Assembly (NCBI GenBank): GCA_965242965.1
Contig: OZ251518.1
Span: forward strand, 3,936,001-4,000,000
Source: Candidatus Poribacteria bacterium
GTDB lineage: Bacteria > Poribacteria > WGA-4E > WGA-3G
DNA: 64,000 nucleotides
Direction: 5' to 3'
Below are positions 19,473 to 28,894 of this stretch, in pieces. The translations under genes and the position numbers were made by a program. Each line of letters starts with the position of its first letter. Positions within the stretch are counted from its first letter, which is position 1. The notes under the pieces were generated by a model. The model was not told the origin of the DNA. It did not search any database and was given only the letters and a program-made list of their open reading frames with translations.

Positions 19473-20606
19473 ATGAAAAAACCTCAACTCTTTACGCCCG
19501 GTCCTACGCCACTCCCGCCTGAAACGTTGCTGGCGATGGCGCAACCGATTGACTACCACCGAAGCCCCGCCTCGGCGACGTTAATTGCGGATGTGCTGAC
19601 AAAACTTAAGCACGTCTTCCAAACAGAGCACGATGTCTTGTGCCTCACCACGTCCGGTACGGGTGCGATGGAAGGCGCGGTGGCGAATCTGCTGAGCCGC
19701 GGCGATAAGGTGCTTGTCATCCGCAGCGGCAAATTCGGCGAACGGTGGAGTGACATTTGCACCGCATACGGCGTTGAAGTTATCCCGATTGACGTGACAT
19801 GGGGGGAGTCGGTTTCACCTGCCACGGTGGCAGCGCGTCTCGATGCGTCTCCTGATGTAAAGGCAGTCTTCGCCACCCTCTGTGAAACCTCCACTGGTGC
19901 CTTGCACGACATTGAGGCACTAGCGCGGTTGACACAGGTTCGTCCGACGCTGTTGGTTGTCGATGCAGTCAGCGCGCTCGGCGCAGACGATTTGCAGATG
20001 GACGCGTGGGGTGTGGACGCTGTCGTTTCTTGTTCACAGAAAGGTTTGATGACACCGCCTGGCCTCGCCTTCGCCGCGTTGAATTCTCGCGCGTGGGCGG
20101 CAGTAGCGCGTTCCGATTTGCCGAAATACTATCTGGACTTCCGGAAAGCGCGGGACGCAGGCAGGGAAGGTTCTACCCCTTACACGCCGGCGATAACGCT
20201 CGTCCACGCGTTACAGGCATCGCTCACGCTTTTGTGTGCCGAGGGCATCCGTAACGTCATAGCCCGGCACGCGCGCTTGGCACAGGCGACGCGAAGTGCA
20301 GTTGCGGGCCTCGGCATGCAACTGTTCGCAACGCATCCTGCCAATACTTTAACCTCAATCCATCTGCCGGCAGAGGTTGATGGAAAGGCGTTCATCGCAC
20401 GCATGCGGGAAAAACATGGGATTACGTATGCCGGTGGGCAAAGTCAATTGAGTGGAAAGATTGTCCGCATTGCGCATCTCGGTTGGATGAACGAGAACGA
20501 TGTCATCGTCGCCATCGCCGCGCTGGAACGCGGTTTCGTGGAGATGGGATATGATATTCCGTTAGGTGCCGGTGTCGCCGCCGCTCAAGAAGTTTTTCGT
20601 CGGTAA
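19473..20606 (+). CDS. Class V PLP aminotransferase (serine-pyruvate / alanine-glyoxylate type)
   Basis: LFTPGPT, SGTGAMEG, ETSTG, VDAVS, SQKGLMTPPG, RIAHLG. Confidence 0.92.
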   Translation: MKKPQLFTPGPTPLPPETLLAMAQPIDYHRSPASATLIADVLTKLKHVFQTEHDVLCLTTSGTGAMEGAVANLLSRGDKVLVIRSGKFGERWSDICTAYGVEVIPIDVTWGESVSPATVAARLDASPDVKAVFATLCETSTGALHDIEALARLTQVRPTLLVVDAVSALGADDLQMDAWGVDAVVSCSQKGLMTPPGLAFAALNSRAWAAVARSDLPKYYLDFRKARDAGREGSTPYTPAITLVHALQASLTLLCAEGIRNVIARHARLAQATRSAVAGLGMQLFATHPANTLTSIHLPAEVDGKAFIARMREKHGITYAGGQSQLSGKIVRIAHLGWMNENDVIVAIAALERGFVEMGYDIPLGAGVAAAQEVFRR

Positions 20607-20629
20607 AACCGCTCAGGCTATAGGAAAAG

Positions 20630-21955
20630 ATGCACAAGTCCATGCTATCCATCCCTATGGGAAACACCGAAAAAACGACGCTTTTTGACGCGGCTTATGA
20701 ACGCCGAAAGCAACCGCTACTGTCCGAAACCTTGAAGCGGCTCCGTCCTATCTATAGCCAAGCAGAATTGAGCGTCTTGCGCATCGACAGCACGAGCCGC
20801 GAGGTATTATCTCAACGTTCCGGACGCGGGTTCGTCAATCGCGATATTCTGGAGACGGTGCTTGGCAACTTGTTGGAGTGTGTTGCCCCCGGTTCGCATA
20901 ACGCGCCGCACCCGCATCATCAAAAACAGAAGTTCGCGGGAGCGATTGAAGAAGTGGCAGACCAGCTCTACGCCATGGTAGCGCAATCTTTTTTAGCTGT
21001 TGCAGACGAAACGCACCTCGGTGCCGCACTAGAAACCGCGTTTTCTCTGCTTTGGGAACTGCCGCGGTTAAAAAGCCGCGCGCTTTGGAACAGGTTCGCT
21101 TCCCTGAAGGACCCGGCCGTCTGGGATGCCTACCTTCTCCACACCGGTATCTCTCGCGAGAAACTAGCCTCGCTCAATTTTCGCGAGAAAATTGATGAAG
21201 CGATTCAGGAACGCACTTTTGAACCGTATCAAGATTACCTCGCCACGCTGAATCTCGCCTCCGATTTAGCGCAGAAAATCTTGAATTATCAGTTGCAGCT
21301 CGTCATCAGCACTTATCCGGGGTGGCGTGTGCTGTTTTATCACGATGTGGCGCACGCTTTGACGCGCAGCGAGCCCACTGAGGAGGATTCGGATATCCAC
21401 CGTGTGCCGGTGCCGCTGCTGCCGCGCGCGATTTCAGAACTCGGCGGACGTTACTATCAGGCAGATATTCACCCGGAAACCCAGATAGGCGATGCCAATC
21501 TGCTGGAGCATCCGCATCGCGGGGTGACAACCGGGCAAACCGGTATCATCGGTTCCGGGTGCGTCATTTATCCTTGCACCCTCGGCGGGTTGAGCGTCAA
21601 AGTGAAGCAGCGGCACCCTGTCATCGGTGATTTCGTTGAGATTGGCACGGATACCAGTCTCCTCGGTCCGGTGCAAATTGCGGCACACTCCACCGTCGGC
21701 ACAAACACTGAGATTTACGGGTTTGTCGAGGTTGAGGAGCGGTGCCGTATCGGTTCGTCGGTTGTCATCGGCACTATCCGCGGTGCATCCGAGCATCCCG
21801 GCAGGATTTATATCGGCGAAGGCGTGCGCATCGGTGATGGAACGATTATTGAGAATACGTCAGAGATGGATTTGGTGATTCCAAATCGTTCGCAAATACC
21901 GGCGCGCAGTCACGTCGCGAACGATGGGTTCGGTTTTCCGAGATACGTTGGCTAA
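20630..21955 (+). CDS. Serine O-acetyltransferase-like left-handed beta-helix protein with long N-terminal extension
   Basis: YPG, VPLLPRAISE, ADIHPETQIG, TLGG...QRHPVIGD, hexapeptide repeats. Confidence 0.7.
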   Translation: MHKSMLSIPMGNTEKTTLFDAAYERRKQPLLSETLKRLRPIYSQAELSVLRIDSTSREVLSQRSGRGFVNRDILETVLGNLLECVAPGSHNAPHPHHQKQKFAGAIEEVADQLYAMVAQSFLAVADETHLGAALETAFSLLWELPRLKSRALWNRFASLKDPAVWDAYLLHTGISREKLASLNFREKIDEAIQERTFEPYQDYLATLNLASDLAQKILNYQLQLVISTYPGWRVLFYHDVAHALTRSEPTEEDSDIHRVPVPLLPRAISELGGRYYQADIHPETQIGDANLLEHPHRGVTTGQTGIIGSGCVIYPCTLGGLSVKVKQRHPVIGDFVEIGTDTSLLGPVQIAAHSTVGTNTEIYGFVEVEERCRIGSSVVIGTIRGASEHPGRIYIGEGVRIGDGTIIENTSEMDLVIPNRSQIPARSHVANDGFGFPRYVG

Positions 21956-22076
21956 CACACCTTGCCGCTCTAGGGGGCTCGCATGGAAAACTTCTCCGCT
22001 TGAATACGGAATCGGCCTGTCATATTGGAAATCCTGCTAATCCTGAAAATTCTCAATTCAGAAAAAAGAAACGGAA

Positions 22077-23660
22077 ATGATGAAAAAGATTCAACGCGTT
22101 TTAATTAGCGTTTATGACAAAACCAACCTTTTAGAGATAGCGAAGGTTCTCGCCGAGCGCGGGGTGGAAATTCTGTCCACCGGTGGCACGGAGCGGCATC
22201 TCCGTGATGCAGGGATTGACACGGTTGATGTCTCTGACTACACTGGTTTTCCAGAGTTGTTTGATGGTAGAGTCAAGACGCTCCATCCGAAAATTCACGG
22301 CGGGCTCCTCACGGAGTGGGATAATCCAGAACATCGCGTCGAAGCGGATGCGCACGGCATCACCGCCATCGATTTGGTGATATCCAACCTCTATCCGTTT
22401 GAAGCAACCGTGGCGAAACAGGATGTCACGCTTGCAGCGGCGATTGAGAATATCGACATTGGCGGCCCGACGATGATTCGCGCCGCTGCGAAAAATTACC
22501 GGCACGTCGCTGTCGTCACTGACGTAAGCCAATACCCGCGCGTTGTTTCTGAACTCACTGACAACGACGGATGCTTATCGGAAGCGACGCGGTTTGACTT
22601 AGCGAAAGCGGCGTTTGCGCACACCGCTGGCTATGATAGCGCGATTTCGGCGTATCTTACGGACATAGCTAGCGTGGAAAGCGCGTCTCCCTCAGAGGCA
22701 TTCGGAGAGACGCTCACGCTCCGTTTCAAAAAGGCAAGCCCGCTCCGTTATGGCGAAAATCCGCACCAACGCGCCGCCTTCTATCGCACTCAGCACGCGC
22801 CGGAACCGTGCGCCGCCTGGGCAAATCAACTCAGCGGGCAACCGCTCTCTTTCAATAACATTCTCGATTTAGAGGCTGCGCTGGAGATAGTCAAAGATTT
22901 CGCGCAACCGGCGTGCGCTATTATTAAACATAACAATCCGTGTGGCCTCGCCACTGCTGAAAACCTGCAGGAAGCGTTCACGAACGCTTTGGAATGCGAC
23001 AGAGTTTCCGCGTTCGGTTCCGTTGTCGGACTCAACCGTAAGGTGACGATTCAGACAGCGAACACTATCCGCGAAGCGGCAAACGCGGGCGTTAAAATCG
23101 ATGCTATCATCGCGCCAGGTTATACCGAAAAAGCACTGCGCGCGCTCTCCCGCGTCAAACACCGTCCGATTCTGGAGACAGGCGCGTTACATCGAGCAAC
23201 GTCTGTTTTGCAGATTCGGAACGTTACAGGCGGCGTGCTGGTGCAGACTCCCGATGTCCATGAGATGCAGGCAGACGCGCTACAAGTTGCCACGAAACGC
23301 GCGCCGACAGAGGCAGAAATTCAATTGCTGCTCTTCGCATGGCAGGCGTGCAAACATGTCAAATCTAACTGCATCTTGCTGGCGCGAGGCACACAAAGCG
23401 TCGGCATCGGTGCAGGACAGATGAGTCGTGTGGATTCGGCCATCATCGCTGTCCGCAAAGCGGGTGAGAAGGCGAGGGGAGCCGTATTGGCATCGGATGC
23501 CTATTTTCCGTTCCCTGATGGGGTTGAAATTGCCGGCGAGGCGGGTATCTCTGCCATCATTCAACCGGGCGGCTCTGTCAATGATGAACCGGTGATTGAG
23601 ACAGCCGACGCTTACGGCATGGCGATGGTGTTTACCGGTGTGCGGCATTTTCGGCATTAA
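22077..23660 (+). CDS. purH: Bifunctional AICAR transformylase / IMP cyclohydrolase
   Basis: LISVYDK, STGGT, GRVKTLHP, IDIGGP, LRYGENPHQ, KHNNPCG, GAGQMSRVDS, RHFRH. Confidence 0.98.
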   Translation: MMKKIQRVLISVYDKTNLLEIAKVLAERGVEILSTGGTERHLRDAGIDTVDVSDYTGFPELFDGRVKTLHPKIHGGLLTEWDNPEHRVEADAHGITAIDLVISNLYPFEATVAKQDVTLAAAIENIDIGGPTMIRAAAKNYRHVAVVTDVSQYPRVVSELTDNDGCLSEATRFDLAKAAFAHTAGYDSAISAYLTDIASVESASPSEAFGETLTLRFKKASPLRYGENPHQRAAFYRTQHAPEPCAAWANQLSGQPLSFNNILDLEAALEIVKDFAQPACAIIKHNNPCGLATAENLQEAFTNALECDRVSAFGSVVGLNRKVTIQTANTIREAANAGVKIDAIIAPGYTEKALRALSRVKHRPILETGALHRATSVLQIRNVTGGVLVQTPDVHEMQADALQVATKRAPTEAEIQLLLFAWQACKHVKSNCILLARGTQSVGIGAGQMSRVDSAIIAVRKAGEKARGAVLASDAYFPFPDGVEIAGEAGISAIIQPGGSVNDEPVIETADAYGMAMVFTGVRHFRH

Positions 23661-23709
23661 TCCCGTGGCCGCGAATTCAGTTCGCCGTTGCACCTTGTTA
23701 GGAAAAAAC

Positions 23710-23738
23710 TTGCAATTTATTCGGGAACATGCTATGAT
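23710..23738 (+). promoter_or_regulatory. sigma70-type promoter for aroK-aroB
   Basis: TTGCAA-17 nt-TATGAT with extended TG. Confidence 0.55.
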
Positions 23739-23771
23739 AAACATTAAATCCGCTTTCAAGGTAGAAGGTTT

Positions 23772-24317
23772 ATGAACAGAACATTGAGTCAAAAGCCCAA
23801 TATCGTCCTCGTCGGGTTTATGGGCACGGGGAAAACCGCTGTCGGTAGACGGCTCGCATCACAACTCCGCATGCGCTACGTCGATACGGACGATGTCATT
23901 GAGCAGGACAATCAGCGATACATCAGCGACATCTTCGCCGAAGATGGAGAGGCAGTGTTTCGGCGGCTTGAAAGCGAAGCGGTTCGCAAAGTCTCAAAAC
24001 GCCATAATTACGTCATTTCTACCGGCGGCGGCGTTGTCCTGAAAGCGGTGAATATGGAGAACCTGAAGCGGAACGGGGTCATCTTTTGCTTAACGGCGAC
24101 AGCAGAGGCAATCTATCGGCGCATCGGACACCAAAAGCATCGGCCCCTGTTACAGACACCGGATGCGATGGAGAAGATTCAGACAATGCTGGTGGAACGG
24201 CATCCTTATTATGCGCAAGCCGACTATACGGTGAAGACTACAGGACGCTCGTTCGGTGAAATCGTCGCGCACATCCGGTCCGTTTTTTATCGTGCCGTTC
24301 ACCGAAACTCGGAATAA
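23772..24317 (+). CDS. aroK: Shikimate kinase
   Basis: GFMGTGKT P-loop, DTD, GEAVFRRLE, STGGG, RPLL. Confidence 0.96.
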   Translation: MNRTLSQKPNIVLVGFMGTGKTAVGRRLASQLRMRYVDTDDVIEQDNQRYISDIFAEDGEAVFRRLESEAVRKVSKRHNYVISTGGGVVLKAVNMENLKRNGVIFCLTATAEAIYRRIGHQKHRPLLQTPDAMEKIQTMLVERHPYYAQADYTVKTTGRSFGEIVAHIRSVFYRAVHRNSE

Positions 24318-24389
24318 TGCCAAGTCCCGCCGAATTGTAAGGGGGATTTCTATCGCCACCCTGAAAATTGATTGGGTTTCAGCAGAACT

Positions 24390-25478
24390 ATGGAAACAAC
24401 TACCTTATATGTCGAACTCGGCGCGGACAGGTATCCTATCCACGTTGGGCAAGGCATCCTCGGCGAAATTGGCGAGAAACTTGCACCGCATGTCAAATCA
24501 AAGCGGGCCCTCATCGTTTCGGATGCGTTTGTGACGACGCGCTATCTGCCTGTTGTTCAGGAAAGCCTTACAACTGCAGGATTTGACGTAGGCGCGGTGG
24601 AGGTGCCTGTCGGCGAAAAGAGCAAATCGATTGCGCAGTTTGTCCGCATTCAGGATAGTTTAGTGGCGCATCAACTGGACAGAGGTTCAACGCTTATCGC
24701 GCTTGGAGGCGGTGTCATCGGTGATCTGGCGGGATTTTCGGCGGCGGTTTACATGCGCGGCATCGCTTACGTGCAAATCCCGACGACACTCCAAGCGCAA
24801 GTCGATGCCAGCGTCGGCGGCAAAACGGCGATTAACCATCCGAAAAGTAAGAACCTCATCGGCGCGTTCCATCAACCGAAGCAGGTGCTGATTGACGTAG
24901 ATACGCTGAAATCGTTGCCGCAACGGGATATCCGTGCCGGCCTCATTGAAGTGATTAAAATGGGGGTTATCCGCGATGAACCTCTGTTTGCGATGGTTGA
25001 AGAAAACCTCGCCGCTATCTTAAACGCGAATGCATCGACGCTCATTGAGATGATTGCGCGCGCTTGTGCTAACAAGGCGGACATCGTCGCGCAAGACGAA
25101 AAAGAGAACCGCTTGCGGATGGTGCTGAACTACGGACATACCTTCGGGCACGCACTGGAGGCAGTCACCGATTACAAGCGGTATCGCCACGGTGAGGCAG
25201 TCGCCATTGGGATGACGTGTGCGGCGCGGTTAGCGGTTAATTTAGGGATGTTTTCGGAAACCGATTTTCGTCGGCAGTGCGCGCTTTTGAGCACGGCAAA
25301 TCTGCCGACGCGTTTTCCATCGGATGTTTCGCCAGAAGCGTTGCACGCTGCCATGTATTTAGATAAAAAGACGATAGGCGGCACGCTCCGTCTCATTCTA
25401 CCGACGCGCATCGGCGAAGTCGTCATCCGCGAGGATGTCGGTAAACCCGATATATTAGATGCCATTTCTCAATGCTGA
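24390..25478 (+). CDS. aroB: 3-dehydroquinate synthase
   Basis: GEKSKS, ALGGGVIGD, PTTLQAQVDASVGGKT, KNLIGAFHQP, LNYGHTFGHALE, HGEAV. Confidence 0.97.
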   Translation: METTTLYVELGADRYPIHVGQGILGEIGEKLAPHVKSKRALIVSDAFVTTRYLPVVQESLTTAGFDVGAVEVPVGEKSKSIAQFVRIQDSLVAHQLDRGSTLIALGGGVIGDLAGFSAAVYMRGIAYVQIPTTLQAQVDASVGGKTAINHPKSKNLIGAFHQPKQVLIDVDTLKSLPQRDIRAGLIEVIKMGVIRDEPLFAMVEENLAAILNANASTLIEMIARACANKADIVAQDEKENRLRMVLNYGHTFGHALEAVTDYKRYRHGEAVAIGMTCAARLAVNLGMFSETDFRRQCALLSTANLPTRFPSDVSPEALHAAMYLDKKTIGGTLRLILPTRIGEVVIREDVGKPDILDAISQC

Positions 25479-25532
25479 AGCATCTCGTAAGGGCGGATGT
25501 CTATGGTTTCCGCCCGCATCAGAGGATATGAT

Positions 25533-26711
25533 ATGACAGTTAACAACCGATTTCAGGTGCTAATCATCTGCTTCGTCTGCTGCTTATGCGCAGGTGTCGC
25601 GTTTGCACAAGGGCTCGCGCCGCCGACAAACGTTACCGCCAAAGATACGCCGAACGACGATGGCAAAAGCATCACGCTCACGTGGGATGCAGCGGCAGAA
25701 GGAAGCGGAATCACCGGTTACAAAATTCTGCGAGGCACAACATCGGAGACGCTTGAGGAAATCGGAGAAACGAAAGTTGACGAAACGAAAGCCGACGAGA
25801 AGCCAACTTACGTCGATGCATCTGTTGAAACAGGCACCGATTACGTTTATGTCGTCCGCGCCGTTATTGACAATGGAACGGACTCGCCTGAGCCCGTTAC
25901 CACCGCGGATTCTGAGATAACCGCGTCTGTTCAAGCGACAGGCCAGTGGTTTCACACCGGCAAGATTCCGCTTTTCTGCGCAATGCTTCTGTTTTGCGCC
26001 GCAATTGTCGGAAATATCTATTATGCCCGAAGCGGCAAAGAGATATTTGTTCGTCGCATCCCCGGTTTAGAGGCAGTTGATGAGGCTATCGGCAGAGCGA
26101 CGGAGATGGGACGTTCCATTCTTTACGTCCTCGGTTTGGGCGATGTGGGCGATGTCGCTACTATCGCCAGTATGGCCATTCTAGGACAAGTGGCGCGAAG
26201 GACAGCCGACTATGAAACGCCACTGCGGGTTCCGTGCCGAGACCCAATCGTGCTAAACGTTGTCCGCGAGATGGTGCGCACCTCTTATATCAATGAAGGC
26301 CGTCCCGATGCCTACAACGAGGATAACATCTTCTTCCTTACCCCCGGCCAGTTTGCTTACGCAGCGGGGGTTGATGGCATGATTGTCCGTGAAAAACCAG
26401 CTGCGATCTTTCTGCAAGGCACTTTTTACGCCGAATCGCTCATCCTCGCCGAGACAGGAAACTCTATCGGTGCAATTCAGATTGCTGGCACAACAGCGGA
26501 ACACCAACTCCCCTTCTTCATCGCAGCGTGCGATTATACGCTAATCGGCGAGGAACTCTACGCCGCGAGTGCTTATCTCTCTAAAGAACCGATGCTCCTC
26601 GGCAGTCTGCGAGGACAAGACTGGGGCAAAGTGGTTCTCTTCGCGGTCCTCGTGATGGGTGTCCTTCTTGAAATGCTCGGTATCAACTGGCTCACGACGC
26701 TCTTACAGTAA
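25533..26711 (+). CDS. FN3 + DUF6754-like membrane protein
   Basis: Signal peptide; FN3 (PPTNVTA..DTPNDDG..ITLTW..Y.Y.V); TM; VRRIPGLEAVDEAIGRATEMGR...DYTLIGEELYAASAYL; C-terminal TM. Confidence 0.8.
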   Translation: MTVNNRFQVLIICFVCCLCAGVAFAQGLAPPTNVTAKDTPNDDGKSITLTWDAAAEGSGITGYKILRGTTSETLEEIGETKVDETKADEKPTYVDASVETGTDYVYVVRAVIDNGTDSPEPVTTADSEITASVQATGQWFHTGKIPLFCAMLLFCAAIVGNIYYARSGKEIFVRRIPGLEAVDEAIGRATEMGRSILYVLGLGDVGDVATIASMAILGQVARRTADYETPLRVPCRDPIVLNVVREMVRTSYINEGRPDAYNEDNIFFLTPGQFAYAAGVDGMIVREKPAAIFLQGTFYAESLILAETGNSIGAIQIAGTTAEHQLPFFIAACDYTLIGEELYAASAYLSKEPMLLGSLRGQDWGKVVLFAVLVMGVLLEMLGINWLTTLLQ

Positions 26712-26756
26712 AGTCTAGGAGACAACACATCAGAACCGCTTAGGAAATCAAAAAAT

Positions 26757-27413
26757 ATGAAACGACAAGTTCCCTTAGTGCTCTGCTTCGTTTTTGGGAT
26801 TGTGATGATCTTCACCCGGTTTAGTCCACACGAAACCTCGCAGGAACTTTACCAAGGCATCCTCAACTGGGGTCTGATTATTGGGCCTTTCCCGCTGGTG
26901 TTAGCGGTGATAACGCTCATCCAAGTCCATTTGAGCCGTATCCGTCGCCGCACGGAATACTGGCAGTATAGTATTGTCGTATTTGCAGGCATGATAACGA
27001 TGGTGGTGCTAGGTGTCCCGTTTGGAATTGAGCATCCTGGATTTCAGTGGCTTTTTGCATACGTCCAAGTGCCAATGGAGGCGACGATGTTTTCGCTACT
27101 CGCCTTCTTTATCGCATCGGCGGCATACCGCGCGTTTCGCGCGCGAACGTTCGAGGCAACGCTGCTCCTCGTCGCAGCTCTTATTGTGATGATAGGGAAC
27201 GTCCCAATCGGGGACCGGATTTGGAATATCTTCACATCGGGGATATCCTGGATGCCTGAGAACGCCACCTCCTGGGCACGACAGTGGATTTTGGATAACC
27301 CGAACCTGGCAGCACGACGCGGGATTATCCTTGGTGTGGGTCTCGGCGTAATCTCACAATCCATCAGGATTATCCTCGGCATCGAACGCTCATATCTCGG
27401 CGGAGGAGACTAA
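26757..27413 (+). CDS. Uncharacterised integral membrane protein (~6 TM) of the DUF6754 cluster
   Basis: ATMFSLLAFFIASAAYRAFRAR; PNLAARRGIILGVGLG. Confidence 0.8.
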   Translation: MKRQVPLVLCFVFGIVMIFTRFSPHETSQELYQGILNWGLIIGPFPLVLAVITLIQVHLSRIRRRTEYWQYSIVVFAGMITMVVLGVPFGIEHPGFQWLFAYVQVPMEATMFSLLAFFIASAAYRAFRARTFEATLLLVAALIVMIGNVPIGDRIWNIFTSGISWMPENATSWARQWILDNPNLAARRGIILGVGLGVISQSIRIILGIERSYLGGGD

Positions 27414-27416
27414 TCA

Positions 27417-28232
27417 ATGCTTCAAAAACTCATGAACATCGACAGGCGGATTGTCTTCATTTTCGTGGCACTCACCGTTATCGTCCCCACGCTGTTCCCA
27501 GTCAGCCTGCCAATCACAGTATCTGAACCAACGCAGAAACTCTATGACTACATTGACGCGCTGGAACCCAACTCAACACTGATGATGGCGTTCAATTACG
27601 GGCCTTCCTCCTTAGCGGAACCGGAACCGATGGCAATCGCTGTCCTAAGGCACTGCTTTGAAAAAGAGATTCAGGTCATCGGCGTAACCTTAATAGATGA
27701 AGCAGTGTTGCTAGCAGCGCAGCTGCTGCAAGAAATCGGCGAAGAAAAGGGAGCTACCTATGGCGAAGACTATGTCTTGCTTGGCTATCGGCCGGGGACT
27801 CTCCCAGTCATTCTGGGAATGGGCACCGAAATCGCAAGTGTTTTTGCGAGCGATTACACAGGAGAACCGCTAACTGAAATCCCGATGATGGAGAATATCA
27901 CCAACTATGAGCAGATTGATCTGCTCTTAGATCTCGCGTCTAGCAGCACGGTAGAACTGTGGGTAATCTACGCGAACACGGAATACGGTTTGAAAATCGG
28001 CGCAGGCGTGACAGGGGTTATCGTCTCGCAGATGTATCCCTATCTCCAGACAGGACAACTGGTAGGGCTCATGTCCGGGTTCTTGGGCGCAGCCGAGTAT
28101 GAGAAACTGATAAACGCGCAGGGCAAAGGCACCGCCGGGATAAACATCGTATCCTTCGTGCATTTGTTGATTGTAGGACTCGTGATTATCGGCAATATCG
28201 CTTTTTTCATTCAACGGCGAGAGGAGTCATAA
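27417..28232 (+). CDS. Uncharacterised membrane-anchored alpha/beta protein of the DUF6754 cluster
   Basis: IDRRIVF N-terminal TM, YGEDYVLLGYRPG, PYLQTGQLVGL..G..GAAEYE, C-terminal TM. Confidence 0.8.
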   Translation: MLQKLMNIDRRIVFIFVALTVIVPTLFPVSLPITVSEPTQKLYDYIDALEPNSTLMMAFNYGPSSLAEPEPMAIAVLRHCFEKEIQVIGVTLIDEAVLLAAQLLQEIGEEKGATYGEDYVLLGYRPGTLPVILGMGTEIASVFASDYTGEPLTEIPMMENITNYEQIDLLLDLASSSTVELWVIYANTEYGLKIGAGVTGVIVSQMYPYLQTGQLVGLMSGFLGAAEYEKLINAQGKGTAGINIVSFVHLLIVGLVIIGNIAFFIQRREES

Positions 28233-28236
28233 ATTC

Positions 28237-28884
28237 ATGGAAACTTTTGGAATTTTGGTTGCGGCGGTTCTGACACTCTGCATCTTTAGTTTTCTTTATA
28301 GAGATAACCCCTTTTATCGGTTTGCCGAGCATCTCCTCGTCGGCATCTCGGTCGGTTACAGCATCGTTTTTGCCATCCATCAGGCGTTTATTCCGGTCGC
28401 CTGGAATCCGCTTTGGGCAGCGATAACCGGCGAAGGTCCGCAAACGGGGTTCTACAAGCTGATTCCGATTTTCCTCGGATTGCTGTTTTTCGCGCGTCTT
28501 TCACCCCGCCATACGTGGCTCATCCGGTATCCAATCGCCATCCTCATCGGATATAGTTCCGGCCTCGCCATTCCAAACGTGTTGCAAGCGGAGATTTTTA
28601 CGCAGACGCACGGCACGCTCGTCCCGTTTGGAAATCTCTCAGCACTCGGATTTTGGGAAATTATCGGTGCAATACTGATGGTTATCGGTGTGATTTGCAC
28701 GCTCACCTACTTTTTCTTCTCGGTGGAACACCGGGGTGCCGTCGGTGGACTCTCCAAAATCGGCATCGCCTTCCTGATGATTGGATTCGGTTCTGCGTTC
28801 GGCAACACGGTGATGGGACGTGTCGCCCTGTTAATCCAGCGCGTTGATTTTCTCATCAACGATTGGATTGGCACAATTTTTTGA
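28237..28884 (+). CDS. Uncharacterised integral membrane protein (~6 TM) of the DUF6754 cluster
   Basis: FSFLYRDNPFYRFAEHLLVG; LTYFFFS; FLMIGFGSAFGNTVMGR. Confidence 0.8.
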   Translation: METFGILVAAVLTLCIFSFLYRDNPFYRFAEHLLVGISVGYSIVFAIHQAFIPVAWNPLWAAITGEGPQTGFYKLIPIFLGLLFFARLSPRHTWLIRYPIAILIGYSSGLAIPNVLQAEIFTQTHGTLVPFGNLSALGFWEIIGAILMVIGVICTLTYFFFSVEHRGAVGGLSKIGIAFLMIGFGSAFGNTVMGRVALLIQRVDFLINDWIGTIF

Positions 28885-28894
28885 GAGGCATACC

